DNA of 64,000 bases from assembly GCA_951406725.2 (NCBI GenBank), contig OX597818.1, forward strand, positions 82,026,001-82,090,000. Direction: 5' to 3'. This DNA is from Octopus vulgaris (taxonomy: Eukaryota). Made by a program: the position numbers and the translations under genes. Of this stretch, positions 40,364-53,016 are shown piece after piece. Numbering within the stretch: the first letter of the stretch is position 1; each line of letters begins with the position of its first letter. The notes under the pieces were generated by a model that searched no databases, was not told where the DNA came from, and saw only the letters and a list, made by a program, of their open reading frames with translations.

Positions 40364-40944
40364 AACGTATATACATGCGTAGATATGAACTTACACAGAT
40401 ATACATATATGTACGCATTGACAGATGTATTTCTACGTATGTATGTTTCCTCTATGTATAATCATCCTTGATAATACGTGTCAACATGTGTTAACATTTA
40501 TGAATGGTACGAAAACCATCAGTAACATTAGCTTCGGATGCCACTTCAAGTATCAAGTCGTCTCCAATTTTACAATGAAATCAAGCTGTCATCAACATTT
40601 CATTCGCTTTTAATATTGTCAACGTAGCTTTCACATACACTCATTATGAATTTATATCTCCGTTCCTTCAACCAGCTGCTTTTTCGTCTCCTGAATGACA
40701 TTGTCTTCTTCTAGTTGCCCTCTGTTCTTTGTTTTCTTTTTCTTGACAACGTTGTTATTTCACGTTCATATCTGCAATAGATGGACATCTAACGTAACAC
40801 TAATACATACATAATAACACTATTATGACCAAAGGAGTACACACCCATATGTACTTTGATACTTTGATAGGTTTCGGCCATTATTGGCCCAGGCCATGTC
40901 TAACTTAATAGCACCACCTGGTATAATAGCACCCTGTATATATC

Positions 40945-40965
40945 TCTATCTATCTATTTATGTAA

Positions 40966-41027
<62 letters not shown>

Positions 41028-41075
41028 ATATCTATCTATCTATCTACCTACCTACCTACCTACCTACCTACCTAC

Positions 41076-41153
<78 letters not shown>

Positions 41154-41190
41154 GTCTGTCTGTCTGTCTGTCTGACTGTCTGTCTGTCTT
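40945..41190. repeat. (TATC)n/(TACC)n/(TGTC)n compound tetranucleotide microsatellite
   Basis: Direct reading. Confidence 0.95.
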
Positions 41191-41770
41191 TATGTACGTA
41201 TTTATGTATGTAGGTATGTATGCATGTACGTATTTATGATTTTATTCTTTTACGCGTTTTCAACCCACCGGCTGTGACCAAGCTGAGGCACCGCCATTGA
41301 CATCACCTTTTCAGTAGTCACTCTCATGTGTTTGGCCTTTGGTGAAGGAGCGAGTTGATAAGGCTACACTCGTATGAGTTTCATGCCTTGCTGCATATGT
41401 ACGCCATTTGTGCGCGCGTGTGTGTGTATGTTTCTTGTTTACGTCATTAATATTTAAAAACTTCGTGAGACGTGAAATAAATTGATTTTAAAAGTGGAAC
41501 TCGAATTTTATAAATCTATAAATAATGGCGTTCAAATATTGTGTTAAGAATTCCTTAAATGGAAAATTTCAAAGGTTGCTCGAGGCAATCGAACCCACAT
41601 GTTCAGTAAATGACAGGCGTTTTAGTACTGTGTGCCACTTCAAAATATCGTTTAGCAGATACGTTCTTCTATTCTGCAACACGACACATTAGGAAAGTCT
41701 TTTTATATATAATCATTGATGGCCCAATTACTTGTAAAGGAATATGCTAGACGAGAAATCCACTGAAGCG

Positions 41771-41865
<95 letters not shown>

Positions 41866-41869
<4 letters not shown>

Positions 41870-42072
41870 TAATCCAAACATGAAAACACAAAGAGAAAAC
41901 ACAAGAACGCGAGGACATGGAACAAGTATAGTGTTATTGGACGCTCGGGAAAGAAAGAAAGAAGGAGGACTTAACGTTTCGAGCGGAGCTCTTCGTCAGA
42001 AACAGAACATAAAAGATCCAAGGAAGGGAAGACGGAGGAAAAAATCGCCAACGGTACACACCCGGTCACATT
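41866..42072 (-). mobile_element. Short hammerhead-bearing element, family A
   Basis: Flanked by (TA)n; homologous to 56335-56511 (opposite strand) and 16990-17178. Confidence 0.8.
41970..42002 (-). ncRNA. Minimal hammerhead motif (family A)
   Basis: TTT-CTGACGA-aGAGCtccGCTC-GAAA-CG-TT-AAG. Confidence 0.72.
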
Positions 42073-42082
42073 TTTACATACA

Positions 42083-42179
<97 letters not shown>

Positions 42180-42578
42180 TATGAAGGACAGCAAAAAATG
42201 GGAACGTAAAACATCCAGACAGATGATACAAAAAAAAAGGGACAAGAAAAAACAAGGTCGAGTCATTCGGTGTTTTCTTTCCACACTCGAGTTCCAGATT
42301 ATCTTTGCAATTTCGGTTAGTTATACTCTAGATTGCTCCAATCTAGCGAGCCCCAATGAAAAACTTACCTAAGGCCACTAGAATACCTTGGAAGAAAGCA
42401 GTGAATGTATACGAAAACAAGGACGATAAAAAACGGAGAAATGGTACACAAATACAAATGAAAATAACAGAACATTAACAACAGGTGTTTTTCGACTAAG
42501 GACGAATCAAATTAAGCTGGCGTGTGTGTAAGTGACGTATTATGGCAGGGACATAAGAGATGACAAGTATGGGGAAGA

Positions 42579-42614
<36 letters not shown>

Positions 42615-44070
42615 GTATATCTGTGTGTATGCTTATACGTACATGCTCACAGACACACTTATATAAATTTATACATGAGTGCGTGTGCATTTTTATGCTT
42701 GCGTATTTTTATGCTTGTGCATTTTTATGCTTGTGTATACACATCATCATATAACTACCCGAGTTGATTTGCTTTCGTTCCCGTAGTCTAGTTCGGTAAG
42801 AGTAGCTCGACATTACGTATCAGACTTTAAAAAATATAAGCATTTAGATTTGATCGACTGCATCTTTTAAGGTATAGCTACAGAACGGCAGCATTTCAAT
42901 GACTGGAAAATGTAAAAGAACATATAAATGCATAAATCGGAATGTAAATAAGAAAGAAAGAGTAAGTGGTATTCGATATTAGAAAATGAAGTAGATCTTC
43001 TACAAAACATTTCTTTCTATTTTCTTGTTGTCGACCTTCGGATATTTATGAACAATGGAAGAACAATGTAATTTAATATTTAGAAAGTATATGGAGAAGA
43101 TTTTGAAACGTATAATGAAAAATGGCTTGGTAATGGGAAATAGCAAAAAAGATATTATTGGTTGATAAAATATGACGTCTATATATTTTGTTCGAAAGTG
43201 GAAAATGACACTTTTGCGTATCTGAAATAAAAACATTACAACATAGGAAAGTAAAAATGATTTCAACGATTTTCTTTATGCTTCTGAAAGGTATGTTTAT
43301 GCTGATAGAACTTTACTTTAAAAGAACTTCTAATTGGCCTAATATATGATTTAGGAAGAAGCAAGTGGATATTAAGATTGTAGCACAGTAGTTGACTGCT
43401 TTCAAAAGGCTTTTATATTAAGAGGATTATTAGTAGGAACACTGAAGATACATGTGAAAGTGGAGTGTGTGCTATCTTTCTAAGCTGCATTTTTGTCATT
43501 GAAAATGACAATAAATGCTGTGAAGTTATAGTAAAAAAACACACAAGAAATAAACAACAGTATATGAAAGAGAAAAGCTGTTTTAACAAGCGGTGTTTTC
43601 TCCTCAGTAACTGCAGTGAATCTGCCTTTAGAAATTAAAATATGTTACAAACACATTTTAACTAACCTGAAGTTCGTATATTTCTCATCACTGCTTTTCG
43701 TTCATACCATTGCATCTATTCCGGCCGGTCGGTCCGCGATCGTAACTCAGTTGATTGTTTTGAGTTAAAGCAACGGCTTTAGAATCTACTCAAGAACACG
43801 GACGGGTTATTCGAAGCATTTAGTCTTCAGTCAAGAACCGGATTATCCTCGCAATTTCGGCTGATATATACAAAACGAGGTGGGGCTGAAAAGTTCCTAG
43901 CTTCGATAAAAGGAAATATAGGAGGATCAGTTGGTTTAATTTTATTTAACATATTTCCTTTTTTAGATTTACACACTTATCGCAGCTGTCTGCAGTTTTT
44001 CCAAACTCTGTAAAGGAACTCGGAAGGTTATCCCTCAAACCAGGCCATTTGCGATACCCTTGAAACTATT

Positions 44071-44141
<71 letters not shown>

Positions 44142-44419
44142 ACACACACACACACTCTCATTTGAGTAGGGTTTAATTAAACTGGTGGTGGCATGCTTCG
44201 TCAAGTCTAAAACAGTTTCAGGAAATGACAGAAAGAGCACATTGTATTTTCCTTGTTGCTCTGTTTCCTCTCGATTGCTTTCTTTATCGAGTTTCTCTTT
44301 ATATATGTATATACACACACGCATATAGCCATCTAAGCACGCGCTCGTTTATGAACACCGTGTCGGTGTACATGGTTATGTATGCATATATATATATATG
44401 TGGGGGGTGTATAAATTTA

Positions 44420-44725
44420 TATGAATAAGGTTAAGATCGATATTTAAATACCGATTTTATCAGGTGGCCAGCATGGGAATAAAAACCTTCAAATGTAATA
44501 ATTATTTAAAATTTTAATTTAAGGTATCTAAAAGATACCACCACGCTGGAAATAGCAGTCAAAAATTGACACGAAAACCACATTAAATGTTCATACAGCA
44601 CCAGGAGAGAAGACAAAAAAACAAAATAAACTAGCAAGAAAATTCCAGATCCCGGATTTCTGGTTCTGCATAAGAAATGCTCTGCCTTCATCAGTGGAAT
44701 ATACACAGAAAGCACATAAATACAA
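44420..44725 (-). mobile_element. Short pLTR-like hammerhead element; its 3' part is duplicated at 44940-45132
   Basis: 44420-44612 is a diverged match to 44940-45132. Hammerhead at 44642-44700. (TA)n context. Confidence 0.75.
44642..44700 (-). ncRNA. Hammerhead ribozyme, canonical core, 6-bp stem I
   Basis: ATTCCA-CTGATGA-aggcagaGCATttcttATGCagaacca-GAAA-TCCgGGA-TC-TGGAAT. Confidence 0.85.
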
Positions 44726-44736
44726 GGATATATATA

Positions 44737-44790
<54 letters not shown>

Positions 44791-45149
44791 ATGCAATATA
44801 CTTACATATACGAACGTATACATACATATATTTGCACGTATGCACACGACCAGTTTAAATTGCTCGACTAAAACTCGCGCGATATGGCCACAATACCACC
44901 ACAGTGAATATTATGACGAAATAAATATATAAAGTTATATAAATAAGAATGATATCGATATTTAAATACCGATATTATCGGATGGCCAGCATGGGAATAA
45001 AAACCTTCTAAGGTAATAATTATTTAAAATTATAATTTAGGGTATGTAAGGGATACTATCACGGTGGAAATATCAGTCAAAACTTAACTATAAAACCACA
45101 TTAAATGTTCATACAGCACCAGGAGAGAAGACTAAGAGATAAAATATAT

Positions 45150-45217
<68 letters not shown>

Positions 45218-45308
45218 GGATTAGCTCGTATATGAGTAGGTATATATTTGTAAAAAATGAAGTTCGAAAATGCTGCTGTATTATGCAATTTTTAATTTTT
45301 ATATATAC

Positions 45309-45352
45309 ATTATAACATGTTTCAGTTCCTGAAATGAACCTTATCAAAAAAA
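45309..45352 (-). ncRNA. Hammerhead motif (U3-A8), inverted 5' copy in PLE2
   Basis: Reverse complement of 49777-49820. Confidence 0.6.
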
Positions 45353-45440
45353 ATTATATATAAAAAGAGACAGCTCATGCCGTCAAACACAAGAAATTCA
45401 TTTATAATACACAACGGAGTCAGACAATCTATGCGATACA

Positions 45441-46445
45441 ATGACGACATTCTTCACAAACTTTACGAAACAAGAGCAACAAAAAGAAGGAACACATGAG
45501 AAGAACCGAGCAACTTCAACATTACAAATAAAGAACCAAGTCCTCCCCCAATGGAGAACACTACAGCGAAACAGAAAATTCGCTTTTTGGAAAATGATAC
45601 AAAATCAGAATAAAGCAGAGATTTACCAAAAATGGCTAGACTCAACACCCCTTGTCATACCCCGTAAATTACAAATCAAACCCATCTCGGAAGAACCAGA
45701 AGAACAAAGAAAACTTAGAGAAAAAATGTCATTAGAAAAAATGAAGATGAAAATAGAACTACTTAAGCTGAGAGCTAAAACGAATGAAGAAAAAGTAAAA
45801 ACCATAGACGAGGAAATCAACGAAGAAGTCATCAAACTAATAGACGACAACAATACTGAAACATTAACAGCACTATGGAATGAAGAATGTGAAAAAGAGG
45901 AACTTAAGTCCCTCCAACGATGGGAAAAGAGCGCCATCTGGTTTCTAGATTATGAAACCAACTTCAAAAATGAACACATATCCAACAACCCCTTCATAAA
46001 ATTAAGCAAATCAAAACCAAATACCAATAGAACGGAACAACCACCAAGAAATCCTACCACACTCTACACCAGAAAAGTACACCTAAAACACACCCCACAC
46101 TACCTACACCAACCCCAAAACACCTACAGAGGCCCACCACACCAGTTCGAAAATAGACATACCAACAGAGCAGAACAACCACCAAGAAATCCAAACACAC
46201 TCTACACCAGAAAAATGCATTTAAAACGCACCCCACACTACCTACACCAACCCCAAAACACTTATAGGGTCCCACCACACCATTCCACGAACCTAAGAGC
46301 CACAACATACAATACTATAAAATACAACCCACATAACCAAACCAAAACGCTACTACCAAACATCCACCCCAGGAACCAACCATACAACCATAACAAACAA
46401 CAAACTGCACTACGGAGGAAACAACTACCAACACAATACACCTGA
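45441..46445 (+). CDS. PLE2 ORF1 (coiled-coil core and an internal ~39 aa duplication); C-terminus probably frameshifted
   Basis: Homologous to PLE1 ORF1. TNR.EQPPRNP.TLYTRK.HLK.TPHYLHQPQNTYR occurs twice. The +1 frame is open from 46321 to 46638. Confidence 0.75.
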   Translation: MTTFFTNFTKQEQQKEGTHEKNRATSTLQIKNQVLPQWRTLQRNRKFAFWKMIQNQNKAEIYQKWLDSTPLVIPRKLQIKPISEEPEEQRKLREKMSLEKMKMKIELLKLRAKTNEEKVKTIDEEINEEVIKLIDDNNTETLTALWNEECEKEELKSLQRWEKSAIWFLDYETNFKNEHISNNPFIKLSKSKPNTNRTEQPPRNPTTLYTRKVHLKHTPHYLHQPQNTYRGPPHQFENRHTNRAEQPPRNPNTLYTRKMHLKRTPHYLHQPQNTYRVPPHHSTNLRATTYNTIKYNPHNQTKTLLPNIHPRNQPYNHNKQQTALRRKQLPTQYT

Positions 46446-46604
46446 GGAACTAAGACGTAACACTAGGTTCAACAACAGACTCCAGAACAGAGCACCACAA
46501 ACTCACTCTGACAATTATAACAACATGAGACAGATAAATAATAGCTTTGAACATAACTACACCAACCATTTTTTAGACCCCACACACAGGAACAGGGACA
46601 CACG

Positions 46605-48901
46605 ATGGCAAAGGACAAACAAAAGAAACCTCAGGTAATTAAGATAATCAATCTCTCAAACAAAGAACTTACACCTAACGAAATAAGCATACTCTCCAAA
46701 GGACTTAAATTTACACCCACCCCACAACGTTCTAATTATTATGAAATGAAAGATGATATTTCGGAATTTTGCAGAAAACTAAGACTCACCGAGGCATTTC
46801 AAGACAAACAAATAGAGGAGGACTCAATAGCTAGAAACAAGAGCAATTACACCCCCACCAAAGGTAAGAATAAAGCCTTAGACCGCTACTGTGACTACAT
46901 AACTAATTTCCCGTTTCAATTCATCAAGAAACAAAAACACAGCCCTAACTTCAACAAAAGAGAATGGAACGACCTCATCAAACTAAGAGAAGACAAAACA
47001 ATAACAATTAAGGAGGCAGATAAGGGCAACGCGATAGTAATAATGAATACAAACAATTATAAAAATTTAGTGCTATCCCTATTAAGAGATGAAACGTATT
47101 ATGAAAGGGCCCAACAGTATAACCAGCAAAAAATAATGCATAACCTTAGGACATTAATCAACACATACCAAGAAGGACTCACGAACAAGGAGTATGAATA
47201 CATCACTAACTTCAAATACAAATCGAGTTTGTTCTATGGTATCCCTAAGGTACACAAAAGCCAAACCATTAGAGAAACGTGCAAAACATCCACCGACACA
47301 CTCATCAAAATCCCTTCACCAAATGATCTTAAACTAAGACCGATAATAGCAGGGCCAGCATGTGAAACTCACCGCCTCAGCAATTTCTTAGACACACTTC
47401 TTAAACCTTTCCTAAAACACATCAAAAGCTACGTAAGAGACGATATAGATATGCTCAACCACCTCCATAAAACAGTCAATGAGAAAACCCTTCTAGTATC
47501 ATTCGACGTAGTTAATCTTTATTCTAACATCCCTCACAACCTAGGAATAGAAGCAATCACCTTCTGGCTGAATAACTACCCTTTGAACTCCCAACTCGCA
47601 TAAACAAAGACCTTATAATAGAAGGACTTAGATTCATTTTAGAGAACAATTATTTTATTTTTGACAATGATTTCTACAGGCAAAGATCGGGAACAGCGAT
47701 GGGCACGCGTGCTGCACCATCTTTTGCCAACCTAGTGATGGGATACCTCGAGAAAATACTATACCGGATGACACTCGAGAAATATGGAAACACCTTCGCC
47801 ACCTATATCCATAACAACTGGAAAAGATACCTCGATGACTGTTTCATCATCTGGGACAAAGGCATAGAGAAACTTGAGGAATTTAAAATTCTATTAAATG
47901 GAATAAATGACAATATACAATTCACGATGGACCACAACGAAAAAGAATTACCATTTTTAGACATCCTCATTAAGAAAACCGGCAACAAAATAGAGACAGA
48001 TATCTACTATAAACCGACAGACTCTAAACAGTACCTACCCTTTGATTCATGCCACCCACGACACACTAGAATGAATGTCCCTTTTTGTTTAGCTAGAAGG
48101 ATTTGCACCATAATATCAGACACAAACACCCGACACACACGTCTCCAGGAACTTAGAACCACACTCACAAATAGAAACTATCCACAGCCCCTAATAGACA
48201 GTGCAATCCAACGGGTACTTAAATTAAGTATAGAAGACCTGAGACAAACAAAACCAAAAAAGAAAGAACAATTAAAAACCCTTCCCTACATCTCTACACA
48301 CAACCCACTCAACAATGAGGCCTTCAACACCATACTACAAAGCACAGCCCTACTAAAGGGAGACCCAAAGATGAACCGGATCCTCGAAACAAACACCATC
48401 ATTAAAAGTAAACGGCAACCAAAATCCTTGAAAAGGATTTTAACCCAAGCTACACTGCACTCAACATCAACCACAAAACCAGCAGTTAGAAAATGTGGAA
48501 GGCCCAACTGCGGAATCTGTGTCATCTTGAAAGAAGGATCAGAATTTATACTGGAACAAGGCCACCAGTTCACCATTAGAACAAACTTCACCTGCGCATC
48601 AGAAAACTTAATTTACGTCATAACATGCGCAGGCTGCAATAGGCAGTATATAGGCCATACAAAAAATAGCTTACGTAACAGGATGGCGGTGCATAAATCA
48701 CAAATTAGAAACCCTGAATACCGCAAAATACCGGTCAGCGGACACATAGATAGATGTGCTGGAAATGTAAATCCGAAATTTACAACTAACCCGCTCTATA
48801 TATTCAGTGACAACGCAACCTTCACACAACGCCAAAATAAAGAACTATATTTCATAAAAAAATTTAGACCAAGTTTAAACACCCTGGGCCAGGAATACTA
48901 A
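46605..48901 (+). pseudogene. PLE2 RT-GIY-YIG polyprotein with one frameshift near 47590
   Basis: INLSNKEL..KGLKFTPTP, KEADKG, LRPIIAG, SFDVVNLYSNI; GTAMGT..APSFANL, WKRYLDD, PFLD, CGRPNCGIC, LIYVITCAGC..YIGHT..R..H..H..E..FRPSLN. Confidence 0.95.
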
Positions 48902-49069
48902 AACAAAAGATAAGTCCTCCGAAAAGGAGAACCAAATTTCACCACGGCCGTTACTTCAAACAGACACTCACTCTGACGGAAATATGCCTTAGTAAAAAAG
49001 GAAAAAAATTCTTTCGTGCAAATCTGACCCTGATACATACGATACAGCTAAGGGTCAGACCTGATTCTG

Positions 49070-49439
49070 ATTGGTCAGCAAGTTGATGACGTCTAGCTCT
49101 GCTAGAATGGACAGGATACAAACAGGGACAGTCATTAGTCAGAATATTGATGTGGTCCTTTTCTGCTTGAATAGTCACCTAACAAGTACAGACAGGGGGC
49201 AGATCTAATGTAGCTATAAGTCGTGATTGGGCAGAATCTGGATGACGTCCCGCTATGCTTGACTAACGAAGCGACTGGTCAAGACAGGAAACAAACAAGA
49301 GGGAGTTATAATGCAGCGATTGGTAAAAATAATGATGACGTCCCGTTCCACTTGATTAAAGCCACCTAACGAAACGATTGGTCAAAACATTGATGACGTC
49401 ACGCTACGCTAGATTGACCACCTAACAGGCATTATAAAA
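49070..49439 (+). promoter_or_regulatory. Candidate PLE2 pLTR promoter: four ATTGG-N12-TGACGTC modules and a TATA box
   Basis: ATTGG at 49070, 49226, 49319 and 49377, each 12 nt before TGACGTC. TATAAAA at 49433. Confidence 0.6.
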
Positions 49440-49776
49440 CCGAGCATTTCACAAAAACTCACTAGAACCACCCAGCGAACTTCCACCATGGGTCATCACA
49501 ATTGCTTAAGGTAAAAATGAATTCCTCGCTCTTTCGGAAACATCAATCTTCTGTATTGACCGCTTTCCACCACTTTGATCTGTTTTTTGTATTGAATACG
49601 TATCGCCACCGTGGGTCACTGCATCGAACACTTTGAACATATACTTCAAACTATATATCAACTATACATGAACTATATATCAACTATACATGAACTCTAA
49701 GATGTCTGACTCCGTTGTGTATTATAAATGAATTTCTTGTGTTTGACGGCATGAGCGGTCTCTTTTTATATATAAC

Positions 49777-49820
49777 TTTTTTTGATAAGGTTCATTTCAG
49801 GAACTGAAACATGTTATAAT
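49777..49820 (+). ncRNA. Hammerhead motif (U3-A8), PLE2 3' pLTR, sense to RT
   Basis: TTGATAA-GGTTCatttcagGAACT-GAAA-CATG-TT. Stem I is AT-rich and imperfect. Confidence 0.65.
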
Positions 49821-49877
49821 GTATATATAAAAATTAAAAATTGTATAATACAGCAGCATTTTCGAACTTCATTTTTT

Positions 49878-49937
<60 letters not shown>

Positions 49938-49972
49938 ATATTTCGGAATGGTCATATTGCCAGTTTAAACGT

Positions 49973-50030
<58 letters not shown>

Positions 50031-50049
50031 AAATAGCATGACCCCGCTT

Positions 50050-50322
50050 ACCCACCCTTCCTATTCGCTCAATCTTGCTTCGAATGAAAAAGTAATTGAA
50101 GTAAAATGTTTTACAGATATCGAAGAAGCGAAGAAAAAAATAACAGCAGTGTCAAAAGGCATCATTTTGCAAGAATTCCACGAATGCTTCAAAAAGTGGA
50201 AAACGTGATTGGGCCGATCCATTGTTTCAAATGGAGAATACTTTAAAGGCGATAAAAGCGTAAACATGTAAAACTTAGCGAATAAAATAAAATTTCAAAA
50301 TTCGGATTTCTTTTCGGTACCT
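50050..50322 (+). mobile_element. Mariner transposase C-terminal remnant
   Basis: F.DIEEAKKK..A..KGI..QEFHECFKKWK.....SNGEYFKGDK, typical of a mariner C-terminus. Confidence 0.7.
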
Positions 50323-51279
50323 AGTAATAATAATCAGTTGTAAACATAATGGACCTATTATGCTAACGTTTCAATTTTGTCTATTAATCCCCAGATAGTG
50401 CCTATGCATTCAACGCTGATGATACCGCCGGCTTGAGTGCTATTTCCCAGGTATCGAAACCATAATGATATTTGTTAGACAACTGACGACAGAAGTATAT
50501 GATTGATCTGTATGTTCTCTGCGAATCTCGTTGTCATAAGTCACCTTTCATTCTTTTGGAGTATAACGAATTAAAAGGTTCTCGGTTTAAAGGTACTAAA
50601 TCTGGTCAGGTCACTACTTGCTTAAGGTTTTCTAGTGTATAGAAGTTTTGTATAGTGTATAGAAAAGATGTTAGATAAATGCATGCCAATATTGTTCACT
50701 AAGTTACTTGTAATTTCTTAGATGTGGTCTGAACGACTCTATGTTAACTTTTACATTTTTTTCTCAATGAGTAGATGTAGTCTGAAAGACTCTATGTTAA
50801 CGTTTAAGTTTTTCCTCTCATTGAGCAGTGATATTCTGCGAAATGAGCAATTAGTTTAAACGTTTAGATGTGTCAGTGTGTAATACTCATGTTGCTTTTA
50901 CTAGCGAGCTTATCCTCTCGATATAAGCCGCGCTCTCAACTGATGCAGTCATGCAATATCCATAAGATATGGAGACCAATACACTCGCACGTGTCCACAG
51001 CTTCTAGACTACCACTTAATATATCAAAAGTATTGACATAAAAGTCTGCAACGGAGATAGAATATCTTATCTTCTTGAATGTATAATTATTTTTCTATCA
51101 AAATCATTTTCCAAATATGATTTGTAGTGAAAACTTATTCTCTTTTAAGTGAATATTCAGTTATCGGAAAACAAATTTCAATAACGTTATACGGAAGATT
51201 TTAAAATATGCATATTACTAATTTTATTACAATTTAGTGAAAGAGATACTGTTATTCCGAAGAAGCAATTAGGTTTTTT

Positions 51280-51282
51280 GCA

Positions 51283-51337
<55 letters not shown>

Positions 51338-51448
51338 GATGCTACTGCTGCTGCTACTGCTGCTGTGGCTGCTACTGCTGCTGCCACTACTATTACTGAT
51401 GATGATATTAACAACAACAATAACAACAACATCAACAACAACAACAAC

Positions 51449-51505
<57 letters not shown>
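51280..51505. repeat. (TAC)n/(TGC)n/(AAC)n/(AAT)n compound trinucleotide tract
   Basis: Direct reading. Confidence 0.95.
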
Positions 51506-51507
<2 letters not shown>

Positions 51508-51789
51508 TATTTTGAATGACATAACAATGCACTATAATACAAAAAATGGACAATGATAACACAGTCTGATATGATATTTCGGAATAAAATTCCTTCTTCA
51601 GATATCCCTAGGAATTCATGGAGTCGCTGGTATAATCGGTTTTCCAACGGCTTTTCTTTGATTTTTCGGAAGCGTCTCAGTAGTGGTCTCACGAAACTCC
51701 CTCTGGAGTTCCTCATGAGATATGCGTGATGTCTGCCATGTCTCAATCTCGTAGGTGCTGGAACATCCTTAGAGCTGCTTCTAAGTTAT

Positions 51790-52140
51790 GTGTTATACGA
51801 CAAAACTATAAAAGCTAATAAACCGGATATTATTATAAAAGATCAGACAAAAAAGGTATGTATATTAATTGGCATGAGTATTCCATGCGATCACAATATA
51901 GCGACGAAAGAATTTGACAAGGTCAGTAAATATAAAGATTTTCTAACTGAAATTGAAAAAAATTGGCATCTCAAGGCGACTACAGTATCAGTGATTGTAG
52001 GATCTCTAGGAATGATAAAAAAAAAAAGGTACTGAAACCTATTTGAAAATGATACCAGGCTTACCATCCCTACAGGAAGTGCAAAAAATCGTGTCAAATG
52101 GAACGACTCATGTACTGAGAAGAGCATTATCGCTGTGAAA
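51790..52140 (+). pseudogene. R4/Dong-like non-LTR element, restriction-like endonuclease remnant
   Basis: ANKPDIIIKD..KK.CILI..SIP.D.NI..KE..K.SKY..L..EI.K.W.....V.VIVG.LG: PD..D RLE motif. Confidence 0.8.
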
Positions 52141-52314
52141 ACAACATCCATTCAGGAATTTATTTATTTATTATTTTTTTAAATACATATTTTACCTGTG
52201 AATTTGCATGTGTAATCTGGGAATGCATACAATAAGCTTCTCTGCCCTATTTGTAAGGAAAACACTCGGCGAGAAATGAAAGAATATTTGAAGAAAGAAG
52301 GAAAAAAATAATCC

Positions 52315-52500
52315 TTTCTACTAAAGCACACGGTCTAAATTTTGTGGTGGGGAGACTAGCCGAATACATCGACCCCAGTGCTTCACTGGTGCTTAATTTA
52401 TGGACACCTCGGCAGGATATGAACTCAGACAGTAGTGACGGGTGAAATACCGTTAAGCATTTTGTCCAGCGAGCTAACGATTCTGCCTGCCCACCGCCTC

Positions 52501-52561
<61 letters not shown>

Positions 52562-52815
52562 TTTTCAACTTGCTAGGTGTGCTAACGATTCTGACAGAAC
52601 ACCGTCTTTTGATAAAACTAATCTTTTCTACTAAAGACACAAGGCCTTAAAATTGTGATGAAGCAACTAGTTGAGTACATCATCCCAGTGTTTCATAGGA
52701 ACTTTAATTTATCCACCCCGAAATGATGAAAGCAAAGTCGATCTCGGCTGAATCTGAACTCAGGACGTAAATACCGCTGAACATTCGCCCGGCAAGCTAA
52801 CGATTCTGACAGCTC
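52315..52815 (-). mobile_element. Two SINE family 2 copies separated by (AAT)n
   Basis: ACATCGACCCCAGTG..TTAATTTAT..GAACTCAG..GCTAACGATTCTG. Confidence 0.65.
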
Positions 52816-52827
52816 AATATTTTTTCA

Positions 52828-53016
<189 letters not shown>

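Larger units (their letters stand above)
45241..49890 (+). mobile_element. Penelope-like retroelement PLE2 (ORF1 + RT-GIY-YIG) with ~186 bp inverted termini, in (TA)n
   Basis: 45241-45426 is the reverse complement of about 49703-49890. ORFs are homologous to PLE1. Confidence 0.94.
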
